From contig JBHLON010000003.1 in assembly GCA_048940445.1 (NCBI GenBank), positions 50,626-114,625 of the forward strand: a DNA stretch of 64,000 nucleotides. The letters run 5' to 3'. Source of the stretch: Promethearchaeota archaeon. Lineage in GTDB: Archaea > Asgardarchaeota > Lokiarchaeia > Sigyniarchaeales > SOKP01. Every line of letters begins with the position of its first letter. The stretch's first letter is position 1. Made by a program: the position numbers and the translations under genes. Shown piece after piece: positions 1 to 10,238 of the stretch. Below the pieces are notes generated by a model that saw nothing but the letters and a program-made list of their open reading frames with translations, did not search any database and was not told the origin of the DNA.

Positions 1-2
1 AT

Positions 3-749
3 GTACGTATCGTCTATGGACCCCATGATGCAGTTAAAATAGCACAAAATAATCCAAATAAAGAAATTGTATTTTTTGCAATTGGATTTGAAACAACGGT
101 TCCTTTGACGGGATATGAAATAAAGGTTAAGCCTCCTTCTAATTTTTCAGTAATCTGTGCCCATAAATTAATTCCTGCTGCTTTAGAGCTTTTAATTAGT
201 CAATCTAAAATAGATATTGATGGTTTTATTTCTCCTGGGCATGTGTCTACAATTATAGGGTTGAAACCTTTTCAAATTTTTTCGGATGCATATAAAGTCC
301 CAAATGTGATAACTGGATTTGAACCCAATGATGTTTTATTAGCTATTCTTATGTTATTAAAACAGATTAAAGAGAAGAATTACAAGACCCAGAATGAATA
401 CTCTAGGGTTGTGAAACCTGAAGGAAATCTTGTAGCCCAGAAGATTATCGAAGAAGTTTTTGAGTCTGTTTCATCTCCTTGGCGAGGAATTGGGAGAGTC
501 TTGGATGGAGGATTAATTATTAGAGATAAATATGAAGAGTTTAATGCCGATAAAAAATTTAATATCAAAATATCTAAATCGCAAGACATACCCCCGGGTT
601 GTTCTTGCCATTTAGTAATGGTTGGTAAACTTTTTCCTTATGAATGCAAACTTTTTAGGAAGGAATGCACTCCTCTCTATCCAGTAGGTCCTTGTATGGT
701 TTCAAGTGAAGGTACTTGTTCAATATATTATAAATATTATCAGGAATAA
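3..749 (+). CDS. hypD: Hydrogenase maturation factor HypD (5'-partial, continues upstream of window)
   Basis: Frame is open from base 3 (VRIVYGPHDAV...FAIGFETT); SPGHVSTIIG, GFEP and C-terminal CSC..C..C.P..PVGPCMVSSEGTC motifs. Confidence 0.95.
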   Translation, partial: VRIVYGPHDAVKIAQNNPNKEIVFFAIGFETTVPLTGYEIKVKPPSNFSVICAHKLIPAALELLISQSKIDIDGFISPGHVSTIIGLKPFQIFSDAYKVPNVITGFEPNDVLLAILMLLKQIKEKNYKTQNEYSRVVKPEGNLVAQKIIEEVFESVSSPWRGIGRVLDGGLIIRDKYEEFNADKKFNIKISKSQDIPPGCSCHLVMVGKLFPYECKLFRKECTPLYPVGPCMVSSEGTCSIYYKYYQE

Positions 750-772
750 GTTTTGGTGTTTATATTAGTCGG

Positions 773-3175
773 ATGACTGAGAAAACTGTAGAGATTAATA
801 TAACAGGAATTGTTCAAGGAGTAGGATTTCGCCCGTTTTTATTTAACTTAGCAAAGGATTATAATCTGAATGGTGTAATTTTAAATAGGGGTAATGCAGG
901 AGTTCGATTAATTGTTCAAGGTGAACCAGTTAAAATTCAAACATTTATTGATACTATTCCCCTATCCAAACCAGTCATTGCTTATATTGAAAGTATAAAT
1001 AGTAAGGAAATTCAAACGAATAACAAATATGATAACCTTGAAATTATTAAAAGCGAACAAGGTCGTGGTATTAGTTTAACACTCCCACCAGATATAGCAA
1101 CGTGTATAGACTGTGTAAAAGATATGCGAGATAAGGACCTGGAGAAATACTTTAATTATCCTTTTATAGCATGTGCTGTTTGTGGTCCTAGATTTACCAC
1201 CGTTCGAACTTTGCCTTATGATAGAGAACGAACTACAATGAGCAATTTTCCACTTTGTAAACATGCATTTCCCCAATCATGTATTAAAGAATATAATTCT
1301 TTTAATAACAGACGATTTCACGCTCAAACATTTGCCTGTTCAGTTTGCGGTCCTAATTATACTCTCTATGACAAATCTAAAAAAGCAATACCTATAAACT
1401 CAATTGAAGAAATGTTGCTTGAAACTGCTAAAAAAATCAATAATGGTGAAATTGGAGCAATTAAAGGTATAGGGGGAGTTCATCTTGTTTGTTTAGCTGA
1501 AGATAGTGATGTCATATCAAAACTTCGAAATAGGAAGGGTGATCGAAAATTTAAGCCATTCGCTGTTATGATCCCAAATTTAGGATTAATAGAAAAAGAA
1601 TTCAAAATCTCTGAAAAAGAAAAAGAACTTTTAGAATCTTTCAGGAGACCTATTGTATTATTAGAGAGAAAAAATCTCTTTACAAATCCTGGAATAAGTG
1701 AAGAGGTAGCTCCAGGTTTAAATAATGTCGGTATAATGCTCCCCTATTCTGGTATACATTATTTATTGTTCGATTATATAGGAGAAAAACCATTAGTTTA
1801 TACTAGTGGGAATAAATCAAATATCCCGATGGGAATAGATAATAACATAATATTTGACCAACTTCATGATTTAGCCGATTTCTTTTTACTCCATAATCGT
1901 CCTATATTTCAAAGAGCTGATGATAGCGTTCTAAGAATTCATAATGATAAATCAAAATTAATTAGAAGATCACGAGGGTATGTTCCCGAATATTTATCTC
2001 TGCCTTTTAAAGTAGAGATTCAAGGTGCAATTGCAACTGGTCCTGAATTAACAACGACAGGAGCAATTTTACGGAGAAATCGAATTTTTCCCACTCAACA
2101 TATTGGAAACACCACTAACTTAGAGACTTATGAATTTTTAAAAGATGCTATCTTTCATATGAAAAATCTATTGCAAATAAAAGATTCTGAAATTGAGTTT
2201 GTTTGCTGTGATGCTCATCCTGCATTTGTTTCTACTAAATTAGGCAATGATTTGGCGTCATCTTTTAAGGTTAGGTTATATCCTATTCAACATCATTTTG
2301 CACATGTATTAGGTTTAATGGCTGAAAATAAAGTAGAAAAAAGTGAACGTGTAGTAGGTATAAGTGTTGATGGTGTTGGATATGGAGATGATGGTAACGT
2401 TTGGGGTGGTGAAATTTTATTAAGTTCTTATCATAATTATAAACGATTAGCTCATCTTCAATATCAGCCGATGATTGGAGCAGATAGGTGTACAAAATAT
2501 CCTGCAAGAATGGTCGCCTCAATATTATTAAACAAACTAGGCATTGAAGAAGCAACTAAACTCTTCACGCTTTTGAACTTAAAGAAGGATCTTGAATATA
2601 AGGAAAAAGAAATAAAAACCATAATATCTCAATATAATGCTGCAAATAACCATTTTCCCGCTCAAAATATTCCACTTACGAGTTCAGCTGGTAGAATTTT
2701 TGATTGTATCTCTTACATTTTAGGAGCCTCGAAAATAAAAACATATAGAGGAGAACCTGCTATGAGATTAGAGGGATTAGCTGCTAAAGGAAATCCAAAA
2801 GATGTAAATCTTGAAATTAACTATACTAAAAATGATGGAGTTTATGTTATTGAATCTTCGGACCTAATTTTACAAATATTAAAGCTAAAGCTTAATAATT
2901 CACATCTTGAAAGTGATATTGCTGCTGCTTTTCAAATTAAGTTCGCTGAAAAATTCGCTGAATTGGCTATAAAGATTGCTACAGACCATAACATTGATAA
3001 AATTGGATTAACTGGCGGTGTAGCATATAATTACTCTTTTTCTAATACAATTAAAAACTTTATAGAAGAGAATGGTTTTACTTTTTTAGAACATGATGTG
3101 ATTGCTTCAGGAGATGCTGGTATAAGCACGGGTCAATTAATAGGGGGATTATTTAAATCTTTAAAAAAAAATTAA
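773..3175 (+). CDS. hypF: Carbamoyltransferase HypF
   Basis: GIVQGVGFRPF acylphosphatase domain, Cys zinc fingers, RRFHAQ, KGIGG, QHHFAH, DGVGYGDDG, GDAGISTGQ. Confidence 0.97.
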   Translation: MTEKTVEINITGIVQGVGFRPFLFNLAKDYNLNGVILNRGNAGVRLIVQGEPVKIQTFIDTIPLSKPVIAYIESINSKEIQTNNKYDNLEIIKSEQGRGISLTLPPDIATCIDCVKDMRDKDLEKYFNYPFIACAVCGPRFTTVRTLPYDRERTTMSNFPLCKHAFPQSCIKEYNSFNNRRFHAQTFACSVCGPNYTLYDKSKKAIPINSIEEMLLETAKKINNGEIGAIKGIGGVHLVCLAEDSDVISKLRNRKGDRKFKPFAVMIPNLGLIEKEFKISEKEKELLESFRRPIVLLERKNLFTNPGISEEVAPGLNNVGIMLPYSGIHYLLFDYIGEKPLVYTSGNKSNIPMGIDNNIIFDQLHDLADFFLLHNRPIFQRADDSVLRIHNDKSKLIRRSRGYVPEYLSLPFKVEIQGAIATGPELTTTGAILRRNRIFPTQHIGNTTNLETYEFLKDAIFHMKNLLQIKDSEIEFVCCDAHPAFVSTKLGNDLASSFKVRLYPIQHHFAHVLGLMAENKVEKSERVVGISVDGVGYGDDGNVWGGEILLSSYHNYKRLAHLQYQPMIGADRCTKYPARMVASILLNKLGIEEATKLFTLLNLKKDLEYKEKEIKTIISQYNAANNHFPAQNIPLTSSAGRIFDCISYILGASKIKTYRGEPAMRLEGLAAKGNPKDVNLEINYTKNDGVYVIESSDLILQILKLKLNNSHLESDIAAAFQIKFAEKFAELAIKIATDHNIDKIGLTGGVAYNYSFSNTIKNFIEENGFTFLEHDVIASGDAGISTGQLIGGLFKSLKKN

Positions 3176-3350
3176 ATGTTAATCTGAAATTTTTAGATTT
3201 TAGTCTATTATTCCAAATAAATTAATCGATTTCCAAAATTCTTTACTTTTATTATTTAAAATTATAATAAATTAATTATTTCATTTAAGGTAAATAGCTA
3301 ACTAAAGGAAAAGGTATGCATTTATTGCTGTGATGGGTTAGAAAAACTCA

Positions 3351-4880
3351 CTATTTTTTAGCTCTTTCCATTGATATTGATTTTTCTAATTCAATTAATT
3401 TTTCTATAGACTTCAATGGATAATTACCAGTTAAACATGCCATACATAATTGGTTCTCAGTTTTGTGTAAAGCATCTGATAGATCATTTATCGTTTGATA
3501 CAGTAGTGAATCAGCACCAATCTGTTTTTCAATCTCTTTAACATAGTTTTCTTTATAAAGCATTTGGAACTTACCTGCTATCAGTTCTTCTTTTGTCGGA
3601 AAATCAATTCCCATATAGCATGGACTAATTATTGGAGGACAACTTATACGTAAATGCACTGCTTTAGCATTCCCAACATTTTTTAATATAGATACTATTT
3701 GTTGTGTAGTGGTACCTCGAACTATTGAATCGTCCAATAAAATTACATCTTTTCCCTCTACTATACTTCTAATTGGATTTAATTTATCTTTTACAGCAAT
3801 CTTTCTCTTTTGTTGACCAGGTAAAATAAAAGTTCTATGAATATATCGATTTTTCATCAAACCTTCCACGTAAGGTAAACCCGATTCTTTTGCATATCCT
3901 ACTGCAACACTTCTACCAGAATCTGGAACTGGAACGACTATAGCATTTTTTCTAAATTCTGGATCCTTTAAAAGAGGATCATTTTTAGCTAAGTTTATTC
4001 CTAATCTTAATCTTGCTTCAGCTACAGATACTCCATCAATAACTGAATCGGGACGAGCAAAGTATACAAATTCAAATTGACAAAGAGCTGTTCTCTCTTT
4101 TTTTAGTATTGCTTCTGAATGAATATCTTTTTGATGACTTAAATGAACAATTTCCCCTGGAATAACGTCTCTTATAAATTTTCCACCTACAGCATCAATT
4201 GCACATGATTCAGATGCCACAAAATATATGTTTCTCTTCTCGGTTTTTAATTCACCTATACATAAAGGTTTAAACCCCAAAGGATCGCGCATTGCGTAGA
4301 TATCACCCTCCGGTGATAAAAGTATCAGAGAATAGGAACCATCAAAAAACCTACTGGCAATCTTCAATATTTCTGGCCAATCTTCTGTTCCTAAAGCTAA
4401 TGAAGCTATAAATTGTGCAGCTATTTCAGTATCAGTATTCGTAATGAAAATCCGGCCCATATCTTCCATTCTCTTTTGAAGATCAGCATAATTTGGGATC
4501 GTTCCATTAAATGCCATAGAAAATTCAATTTCATTGTTTTTAAGGTGATACGGCTGCATATATTCGAGAGAGCTATACTCTTGAGCTCCTGTCGTGGCGT
4601 ATCTGGTATGACCTATACCAACATTTCCCCAAAATTTAGATAATATTTTATTGGTTAATACACTTGATACTAACCCTTTCTTTTTATATGTATATATTTT
4701 TCCACCTGTTTTTAAAATAGAAATCCCCGCTGATTCTTGTCCTCTATGTTGCTGCGCAATAAGACCTGTATATATCAAATTTGAAACTGAATAGCCAATA
4801 TCGTTACAAGTGGCCCCAAAAACAGCACAATTTTCCCTAACTTTCTCTCCTAAAGGGGTACAACTATAATTTAGAGTCAT
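3351..4880 (-). CDS. purF: Amidophosphoribosyltransferase
   Basis: Propeptide then ENC-AVFG, QHRGQES, GHTRYAT, CQFEFVYFARPDS, DDSIVRGTT, CYMGIDFP, CMACLTG. Confidence 0.96.
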   Translation of the reverse strand: MTLNYSCTPLGEKVRENCAVFGATCNDIGYSVSNLIYTGLIAQQHRGQESAGISILKTGGKIYTYKKKGLVSSVLTNKILSKFWGNVGIGHTRYATTGAQEYSSLEYMQPYHLKNNEIEFSMAFNGTIPNYADLQKRMEDMGRIFITNTDTEIAAQFIASLALGTEDWPEILKIASRFFDGSYSLILLSPEGDIYAMRDPLGFKPLCIGELKTEKRNIYFVASESCAIDAVGGKFIRDVIPGEIVHLSHQKDIHSEAILKKERTALCQFEFVYFARPDSVIDGVSVAEARLRLGINLAKNDPLLKDPEFRKNAIVVPVPDSGRSVAVGYAKESGLPYVEGLMKNRYIHRTFILPGQQKRKIAVKDKLNPIRSIVEGKDVILLDDSIVRGTTTQQIVSILKNVGNAKAVHLRISCPPIISPCYMGIDFPTKEELIAGKFQMLYKENYVKEIEKQIGADSLLYQTINDLSDALHKTENQLCMACLTGNYPLKSIEKLIELEKSISMERAKK

Positions 4881-4996
4881 AATTTAACATATCTTGAAAA
4901 AGAGATGTACATTTTCAACCATAAATACAATTAATACAAATGAATAATAATTTTTAATTATTAGTTTAATAGAATATATATAATTTACAATTTTAG

Positions 4997-5653
4997 CTGT
5001 TAAAAATTAAATTCAAAAATAAAGATTTTGCTTTTATTATCTTAATAGGCGGAAAGAGTAATCGTTTTGGAACAGATAAATGCCTTTTTCAATTTAAAGG
5101 AAAAGCTCTTATTGAACATCAATTAGACATATTGACTCAATTTCCCTACGATATTTTTATAACTGCTAGTTCTAAGAACCAAGTTCAAAAATGCTTAGAC
5201 CAAATTAACATTAAAAAGATTACAGCATTTATCATAGATGATGATCTTATTTTAAATGGGAATGTGCGAGTTGCTATGCTAGGATTGTACTCTGCTTTTA
5301 AAGAATTACGAGTCCTTGGGTATCAAAAAGCTTTTGCATTATCATGTGATAATCCACTGATCAAATATGAGGTTATTGATTATATGATAAAAGAATGTCA
5401 AAACTACGATTGTTGTATTCCAAGATGGAACAGTGGCTTTCTCGAGCCTTTATTTGCTATTTACTCTGTTGAAAAAGCTTATGTATCTTCATTAAACAAT
5501 TTAAAAAAAAGAAAGTATAGATTAGTTAATTTAATTAATGATTCTTGGCAAATTAATTACATTTCAATCGAAGATTCTATCAAAAAATTTGATTTGAATC
5601 TCTTTTCTTTTAAAAATATTAATAATCCGGAGGATATTGAAACTTTAGAATAA
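4997..5653 (+). CDS. mobA: Molybdenum cofactor guanylyltransferase MobA-like; real start lies upstream of the 5132 TTG, probably a non-canonical codon
   Basis: In-frame upstream sequence encodes IILIGGKSNRFGTDK (MobA GGxSxRFGxDK); also LSCDNP, LEPLFAIY and NINNPED. Confidence 0.85.
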   Translation: MLKIKFKNKDFAFIILIGGKSNRFGTDKCLFQFKGKALIEHQLDILTQFPYDIFITASSKNQVQKCLDQINIKKITAFIIDDDLILNGNVRVAMLGLYSAFKELRVLGYQKAFALSCDNPLIKYEVIDYMIKECQNYDCCIPRWNSGFLEPLFAIYSVEKAYVSSLNNLKKRKYRLVNLINDSWQINYISIEDSIKKFDLNLFSFKNINNPEDIETLE

Positions 5654-5689
5654 ATGAGATAAAAAAATAAAAAAAAGTTAAATCTAAAT

Positions 5690-6184
5690 TTACTTTCTTT
5701 CTAAGAACACACTGATAATTCCTAAAACTCCTCCAGAAATCAGTACATAAGTTCCTAACCCTAATTGGTCGATGGGTACATAAAATGGAAATATACCTGC
5801 AACTTGAGACGCTTCAAAATAGGTTTCAAAAAATTCGCTTTTAATGCCTAAAAAGTCTGTATAAGTTAAAAAGAAAAACATTAATCCAATTGCTAATGGA
5901 AAAAGGGAAAAGATAAAGCTAACAGCTCTATTGGCCATACCAATTATTTGCAATACACCAGCGGCAAGAAAAATTATAAATAACGCTACTAATAAATAAT
6001 AAACCCAAATGTCAACACCTAAATAGGCAGCATTTCCAGCAGGATCTGCAAATAACGAAGTTAAATTAGTTATGAATCCAACACCTGAACTTACACCGGT
6101 CAATGAAGCAGAAACCGCTAGAACATAGGTACCAATAATGGTTATTATCCCGCTTAATAATGCTAAAGCCCTTCCAGATTTCAT
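5690..6184 (-). CDS. Hypothetical multi-pass membrane protein
   Basis: 164-aa ORF with about 4 hydrophobic segments. Confidence 0.7.
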   Translation of the reverse strand: MKSGRALALLSGIITIIGTYVLAVSASLTGVSSGVGFITNLTSLFADPAGNAAYLGVDIWVYYLLVALFIIFLAAGVLQIIGMANRAVSFIFSLFPLAIGLMFFFLTYTDFLGIKSEFFETYFEASQVAGIFPFYVPIDQLGLGTYVLISGGVLGIISVFLERK

Positions 6185-6305
6185 TTAAATTCTACCTTTT
6201 ATAATTTGCTTTTTTTTAATTAAGATATTCTTAATAAGATTAATCAAAATAGAAAAGATATAAAAATTTAAGTGTTCTTAAATTATTGATTCAACATTTA
6301 TCTCT

Positions 6306-6977
6306 TTATTTGCGGCAGCTTATTATAAGGAAATTAGCCACAATGTTACAATCAGTTAAATGTGGAACTTTTTCAATTGCTTCTTTAGTTGCTTTAGGTT
6401 CACTTATTTTTTCTAGTTTAAATCCAACGTCAAATATTGTATTAAACCATATACTTAATGTTCTATGAAACCTGGGAACCTTAAATTTCTTCATATCTTT
6501 AGTTAATTCAATTGGAGCTGCATTAATAATCCATTCCTCAATAAAACCTTCCATTTCATTAAAATAATCTCCACATATTAACCCATTTTTATTCCCTTCT
6601 CGATCCTTTATCCATTCATGGATTGGGGTAGAATAGTATGGATGAAGAATAGAAAATTGAAAAAATCCACCACTTTTTACTATTCTATATATTTCTTTTA
6701 GTGCCTTATCTAATTGAGTCATATCCATGAAAGTCATAGTAGAAATTGCAAAATCAAACTCATCACTATTAAATGGTATATTTTTAGCATTTACCAGTTT
6801 ATATTTAATCCCGAGACGATGGTGCTTCTCTTCTTCCATTGCTTTTTCAATAAATACTTTAGAAATATCGATACCTACCATTTGCGCTCCCTTTTTATGC
6901 GCAATTCTCGTGTTATATCCTTTTCCACAGCCAATATCAATCCCTCTCATTTGAGAAATTTTTGGAACGATGCACAC
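6306..6977 (-). CDS. Class I SAM-dependent methyltransferase, probably N-terminally truncated
   Basis: IDIGCGKG motif I only ~12 aa from the GTG start, GIDIS motif II, ...GGFFQFSILHP. Confidence 0.75.
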   Translation of the reverse strand: MCIVPKISQMRGIDIGCGKGYNTRIAHKKGAQMVGIDISKVFIEKAMEEEKHHRLGIKYKLVNAKNIPFNSDEFDFAISTMTFMDMTQLDKALKEIYRIVKSGGFFQFSILHPYYSTPIHEWIKDREGNKNGLICGDYFNEMEGFIEEWIINAAPIELTKDMKKFKVPRFHRTLSIWFNTIFDVGFKLEKISEPKATKEAIEKVPHLTDCNIVANFLIISCRK

Positions 6978-7033
6978 AAATTTTTAAAATTTTTAACAAG
7001 ATACCGAAATCTGTCCTAAATCGTTGTTATACC

Positions 7034-7204
7034 ATTATTCTAGGTTTTGTGTTATATTTTCTGGTGCTATTAATCTTTTTTTTAATCTCAAGGCTTTTAC
7101 CAGTAGGTCCCATCTTAGCATATCTCTCTATTTCATATACATCTTCACAATATGATCAAATGTGTCATCAATTAGGATTTCATAGACCATTTTTTGAACA
7201 ATTC
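7034..7204 (+). pseudogene. Degenerate copy of the 5' end of the downstream ABC permease gene
   Basis: Encodes FLISRLLPVGPILAYLSISYTSSQYDQMCHQLG, versus FLLSRLIPGDPVLAYLPTPYTPSQYDQMYRQLG at ~7404-7562; clear DNA-level similarity. Confidence 0.8.
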
Positions 7205-7331
7205 AAAAAAAGTAATAAATTTAAAATATTAGGTTCTATTAAGATTTCTTAAAATCATAATATACTCACAAAAACGTTTAAATATTTATTTAATTTAATT
7301 CTAATAAAAATCCTGAAGGGTCAATATTATC

Positions 7332-9257
7332 ATGAATAATGTTAATAAGCGATTTGGTATAAAAAAAGTATTTTTTAACTTAATATATACGGTAACTATA
7401 GGAATTATTCTATTTTTTCTGGTAATTTATATCTCATTTCTGCTGTCAAGACTTATACCGGGAGATCCCGTCTTAGCCTATCTTCCTACGCCATATACAC
7501 CTTCACAATATGACCAGATGTATCGCCAACTGGGGCTTGATAAACCCCCCTTTCAACAATTCATCCTATATCTTGGAAGGATGTTTTCTGGCAATTGGGG
7601 GATTTCGAACTCAATTAATCATGGGATGCCAGTCACAGAACTATTTGGGCGTTATTGTTTACCAAGAACAATCGATCTATTACTCCTACCATTACTTATT
7701 GGAATAGTGCTGGGTGCGTTATTTGGAAATCTTTCCATGAAAGTCAAACATAAATGGATAGATAAACTAGTTCAAATTCTTACTTTAGTTGGATGCGCAT
7801 TGCCTTTATTTTTTCTTGGAATGTTATTTCAGTATGTTTTAGGGTATGTATTTCAAATATTTCCAACGATGGGTTATAAAACACCTTCATACCCAGATCC
7901 TACTTTGATAACAGGCTCCCGAATTATAGATTCATTTCTATCTGGACAATTTTATCTCATCCCTGATTATTTACTTCACTTTGTTCTGCCATGGTCAGTA
8001 TTAACAATCGGAATTGGTTCCTTAACCGCATTATTAGTGCGAATATACCTGTTAAATAAAGGTAAAAGACGTTCAATAGTGCCAAACTCTTTTAATACAG
8101 CAACAAGTTTTGGATTGATTTTTGGATTTATAGTAATAATAGAAACTACATTTGGTTTATATGGAGTGGGCCAATTATTTATCCAATCAATTATGAGTGC
8201 AGATTATTGGGTGCTTAATTCATTTATATTTTTGATACCTATTACGTTTGTCATTTTACTTGTGTTTTGCAATATCCTCTTTATAGTATACGGTTTAATC
8301 AAGCGCATTATTATTAAGAAACTTGCCTATAAGCGATCTATAACTAAGAAGTTAAAACATAAAAATGAAATCAAGTCTGAAAATAATGATCCTCCTGCGA
8401 TCAGTGGTTCTAATCAATTAGGTGTAAGGCAAGAGAAAGGAATTAAAAAGCAATTCAAAGATTTCTTAAGCTACTTTAATAAGAAATTATTATCTCCATT
8501 AACTATTTTTGGCTCAATAATTCTTTTGTTTTTCATTCTGATTTCAATTTTCCCTCAAATATTAACTCCCTATACATTTGAACAAGCAATTGAGCCTATT
8601 CCAGGAGCATGGGGTCCACCCTCACCGCTTCATCCATTTGGTCAAACTAAATTCGGTTGGGATGTTTTAGCAAGGGTTGTTTATAGTAGTCGAACTGCAT
8701 TATCAACCATACCTCCCATTATTGGAATTGGGTTGTTAGGAGGATTGATAATTGGCATCCCTATGGCATTATTAAATCGCCGATTTAAAATGTCAACTGA
8801 GATCTCAATGATAGTAATTTTTTGCGCTCCTATCTATTTTGGTATACTTGTAGTTCTTTCTTCAGTAGCACCAGTTACACTTGGCAATTCAATGCTTCTT
8901 TATGGAATCCTTCTGATTCCATTCTTTACTTTATTGATTGCAAAAACACGAATAAATGGATTTGAAATCATGAAGAAAGTGATTCCATATATCCCCCTAT
9001 TCATTGGCTTTATTTTAATAATTGACGCTGGTATTGGATTTTTGGGCTTTTCTGATCCCAGATTTATTTCATTTGGGAATGAACTCAACGAATCAAGGAT
9101 GTTTATCTATAATGCTCCTTGGGCTACCATTTGGCCCGGTCTATTCTTATTCTTACTCTCGTTAGGATTCTTTTTGCTCTATGCTGGTCTACAAAAGAAG
9201 CCCAGAGAAAATCCTTTACTATTTGCACCTGTACAAGAACAACCAATAAAAATATAA
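7332..9257 (+). CDS. Fused DppB-DppC-like ABC peptide permease, EAA loops deleted
   Basis: N half has PGDP, GLDKP..QF..YL, GNWG.S and ETTFG (DppB-like); C half has PPSPLHPFGQTKFGWDVLARVVY, FLGF and APWATIWPG (DppC-like). Confidence 0.85.
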   Translation: MNNVNKRFGIKKVFFNLIYTVTIGIILFFLVIYISFLLSRLIPGDPVLAYLPTPYTPSQYDQMYRQLGLDKPPFQQFILYLGRMFSGNWGISNSINHGMPVTELFGRYCLPRTIDLLLLPLLIGIVLGALFGNLSMKVKHKWIDKLVQILTLVGCALPLFFLGMLFQYVLGYVFQIFPTMGYKTPSYPDPTLITGSRIIDSFLSGQFYLIPDYLLHFVLPWSVLTIGIGSLTALLVRIYLLNKGKRRSIVPNSFNTATSFGLIFGFIVIIETTFGLYGVGQLFIQSIMSADYWVLNSFIFLIPITFVILLVFCNILFIVYGLIKRIIIKKLAYKRSITKKLKHKNEIKSENNDPPAISGSNQLGVRQEKGIKKQFKDFLSYFNKKLLSPLTIFGSIILLFFILISIFPQILTPYTFEQAIEPIPGAWGPPSPLHPFGQTKFGWDVLARVVYSSRTALSTIPPIIGIGLLGGLIIGIPMALLNRRFKMSTEISMIVIFCAPIYFGILVVLSSVAPVTLGNSMLLYGILLIPFFTLLIAKTRINGFEIMKKVIPYIPLFIGFILIIDAGIGFLGFSDPRFISFGNELNESRMFIYNAPWATIWPGLFLFLLSLGFFLLYAGLQKKPRENPLLFAPVQEQPIKI

Positions 9258-9294
9258 ATCCTATTTTTTATTCTTTTATTCTCTAATTTAAAAT

Positions 9295-10032
9295 TTAAGC
9301 AGACGGTTTTATTTTACGTACTTTAATCGTTTGAAGAATAAGTATTATTGTACCAAAAATTAAAAAGAACAATAAAAGTAAACCTATAGGGTCCTTTAAA
9401 ATTTGACTACCTTGAATAAATACAAAAAATAAATAAAAAACAAATCCAAAAATGTATATTATTAAATATAATGATACTCGAGGAATTACTCTGTTCCTAA
9501 TACGAATATAAAATTTGAAGATCCCATTTTTTATCTCCTCTTTTATATAATATTTTCCTTCCACTTCATCTTTCAACAACAATCCCGCATCAATAAGTTT
9601 AGTTATCTGATAAGAGACCGTTCCGGATGAAGATATATCCAAAGCTTTCTGAATCTCTCGTATTCCCGCTAATCCATGTGTAAATACATACCAATAAATT
9701 TGAAGAGTTTTGCCTTCCAATAGCAGTTCTTTAGTAGGTTTATGAGTAATCATCTCAATTTCAGGTTTATCTAAAAAACTTAGACTAAAGATAATAATAC
9801 CATATGCGATAAAAGCTGAAATCGAGATAAAAATATAAAGGTCTATCATCAAAATTCCTTGAGAATAGATTATCAAAAACGTAATTGTCATTATCCCATG
9901 AAGAATTATAATATAATGAAAAACTCTTTTAAGATAATAAACTATGAAATTTTTTGAATAAGCTTTTCGAGATTCAAATCCCCCAGAACTTTTAACTTTT
10001 TCATCTTGTTGGTTTGTTTTTTTTATTACCAT
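9295..10032 (-). CDS. Membrane-anchored winged-HTH regulator
   Basis: TM helices flank GIREIQKALDISSSGTVSYQITKLIDAGLL (HTH). Confidence 0.75.
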   Translation of the reverse strand: MVIKKTNQQDEKVKSSGGFESRKAYSKNFIVYYLKRVFHYIIILHGIMTITFLIIYSQGILMIDLYIFISISAFIAYGIIIFSLSFLDKPEIEMITHKPTKELLLEGKTLQIYWYVFTHGLAGIREIQKALDISSSGTVSYQITKLIDAGLLLKDEVEGKYYIKEEIKNGIFKFYIRIRNRVIPRVSLYLIIYIFGFVFYLFFVFIQGSQILKDPIGLLLLFFLIFGTIILILQTIKVRKIKPSA

Positions 10033-10238
10033 TAAAAATCCTAATCCTCCTTAATATAAGCTATTCTTTTTCAACTTTTAAACCTTGCTCAAATCTATTG
10101 GATTAATTGTTCAAAAGTTCGAACACGAAAACCTATTTAAATCTATTAGTGCTTTTTAATTATAGCAAAAATAGTTCGATATTCAGTTTCCTTTATTAAA
10201 ATTTACTTAATAGAAAAAATTAAGGATGTTTTTGGACA

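Noticed and set aside
1250-1290. Extra residues in the HypF zinc finger (CKHAFPQSC) with an ACATG/CATGT hairpin as a possible intron
   Set aside because: No 4-bp central helix with two 3-nt bulges can be drawn that preserves both Cys codons; more likely a protein-level loop.
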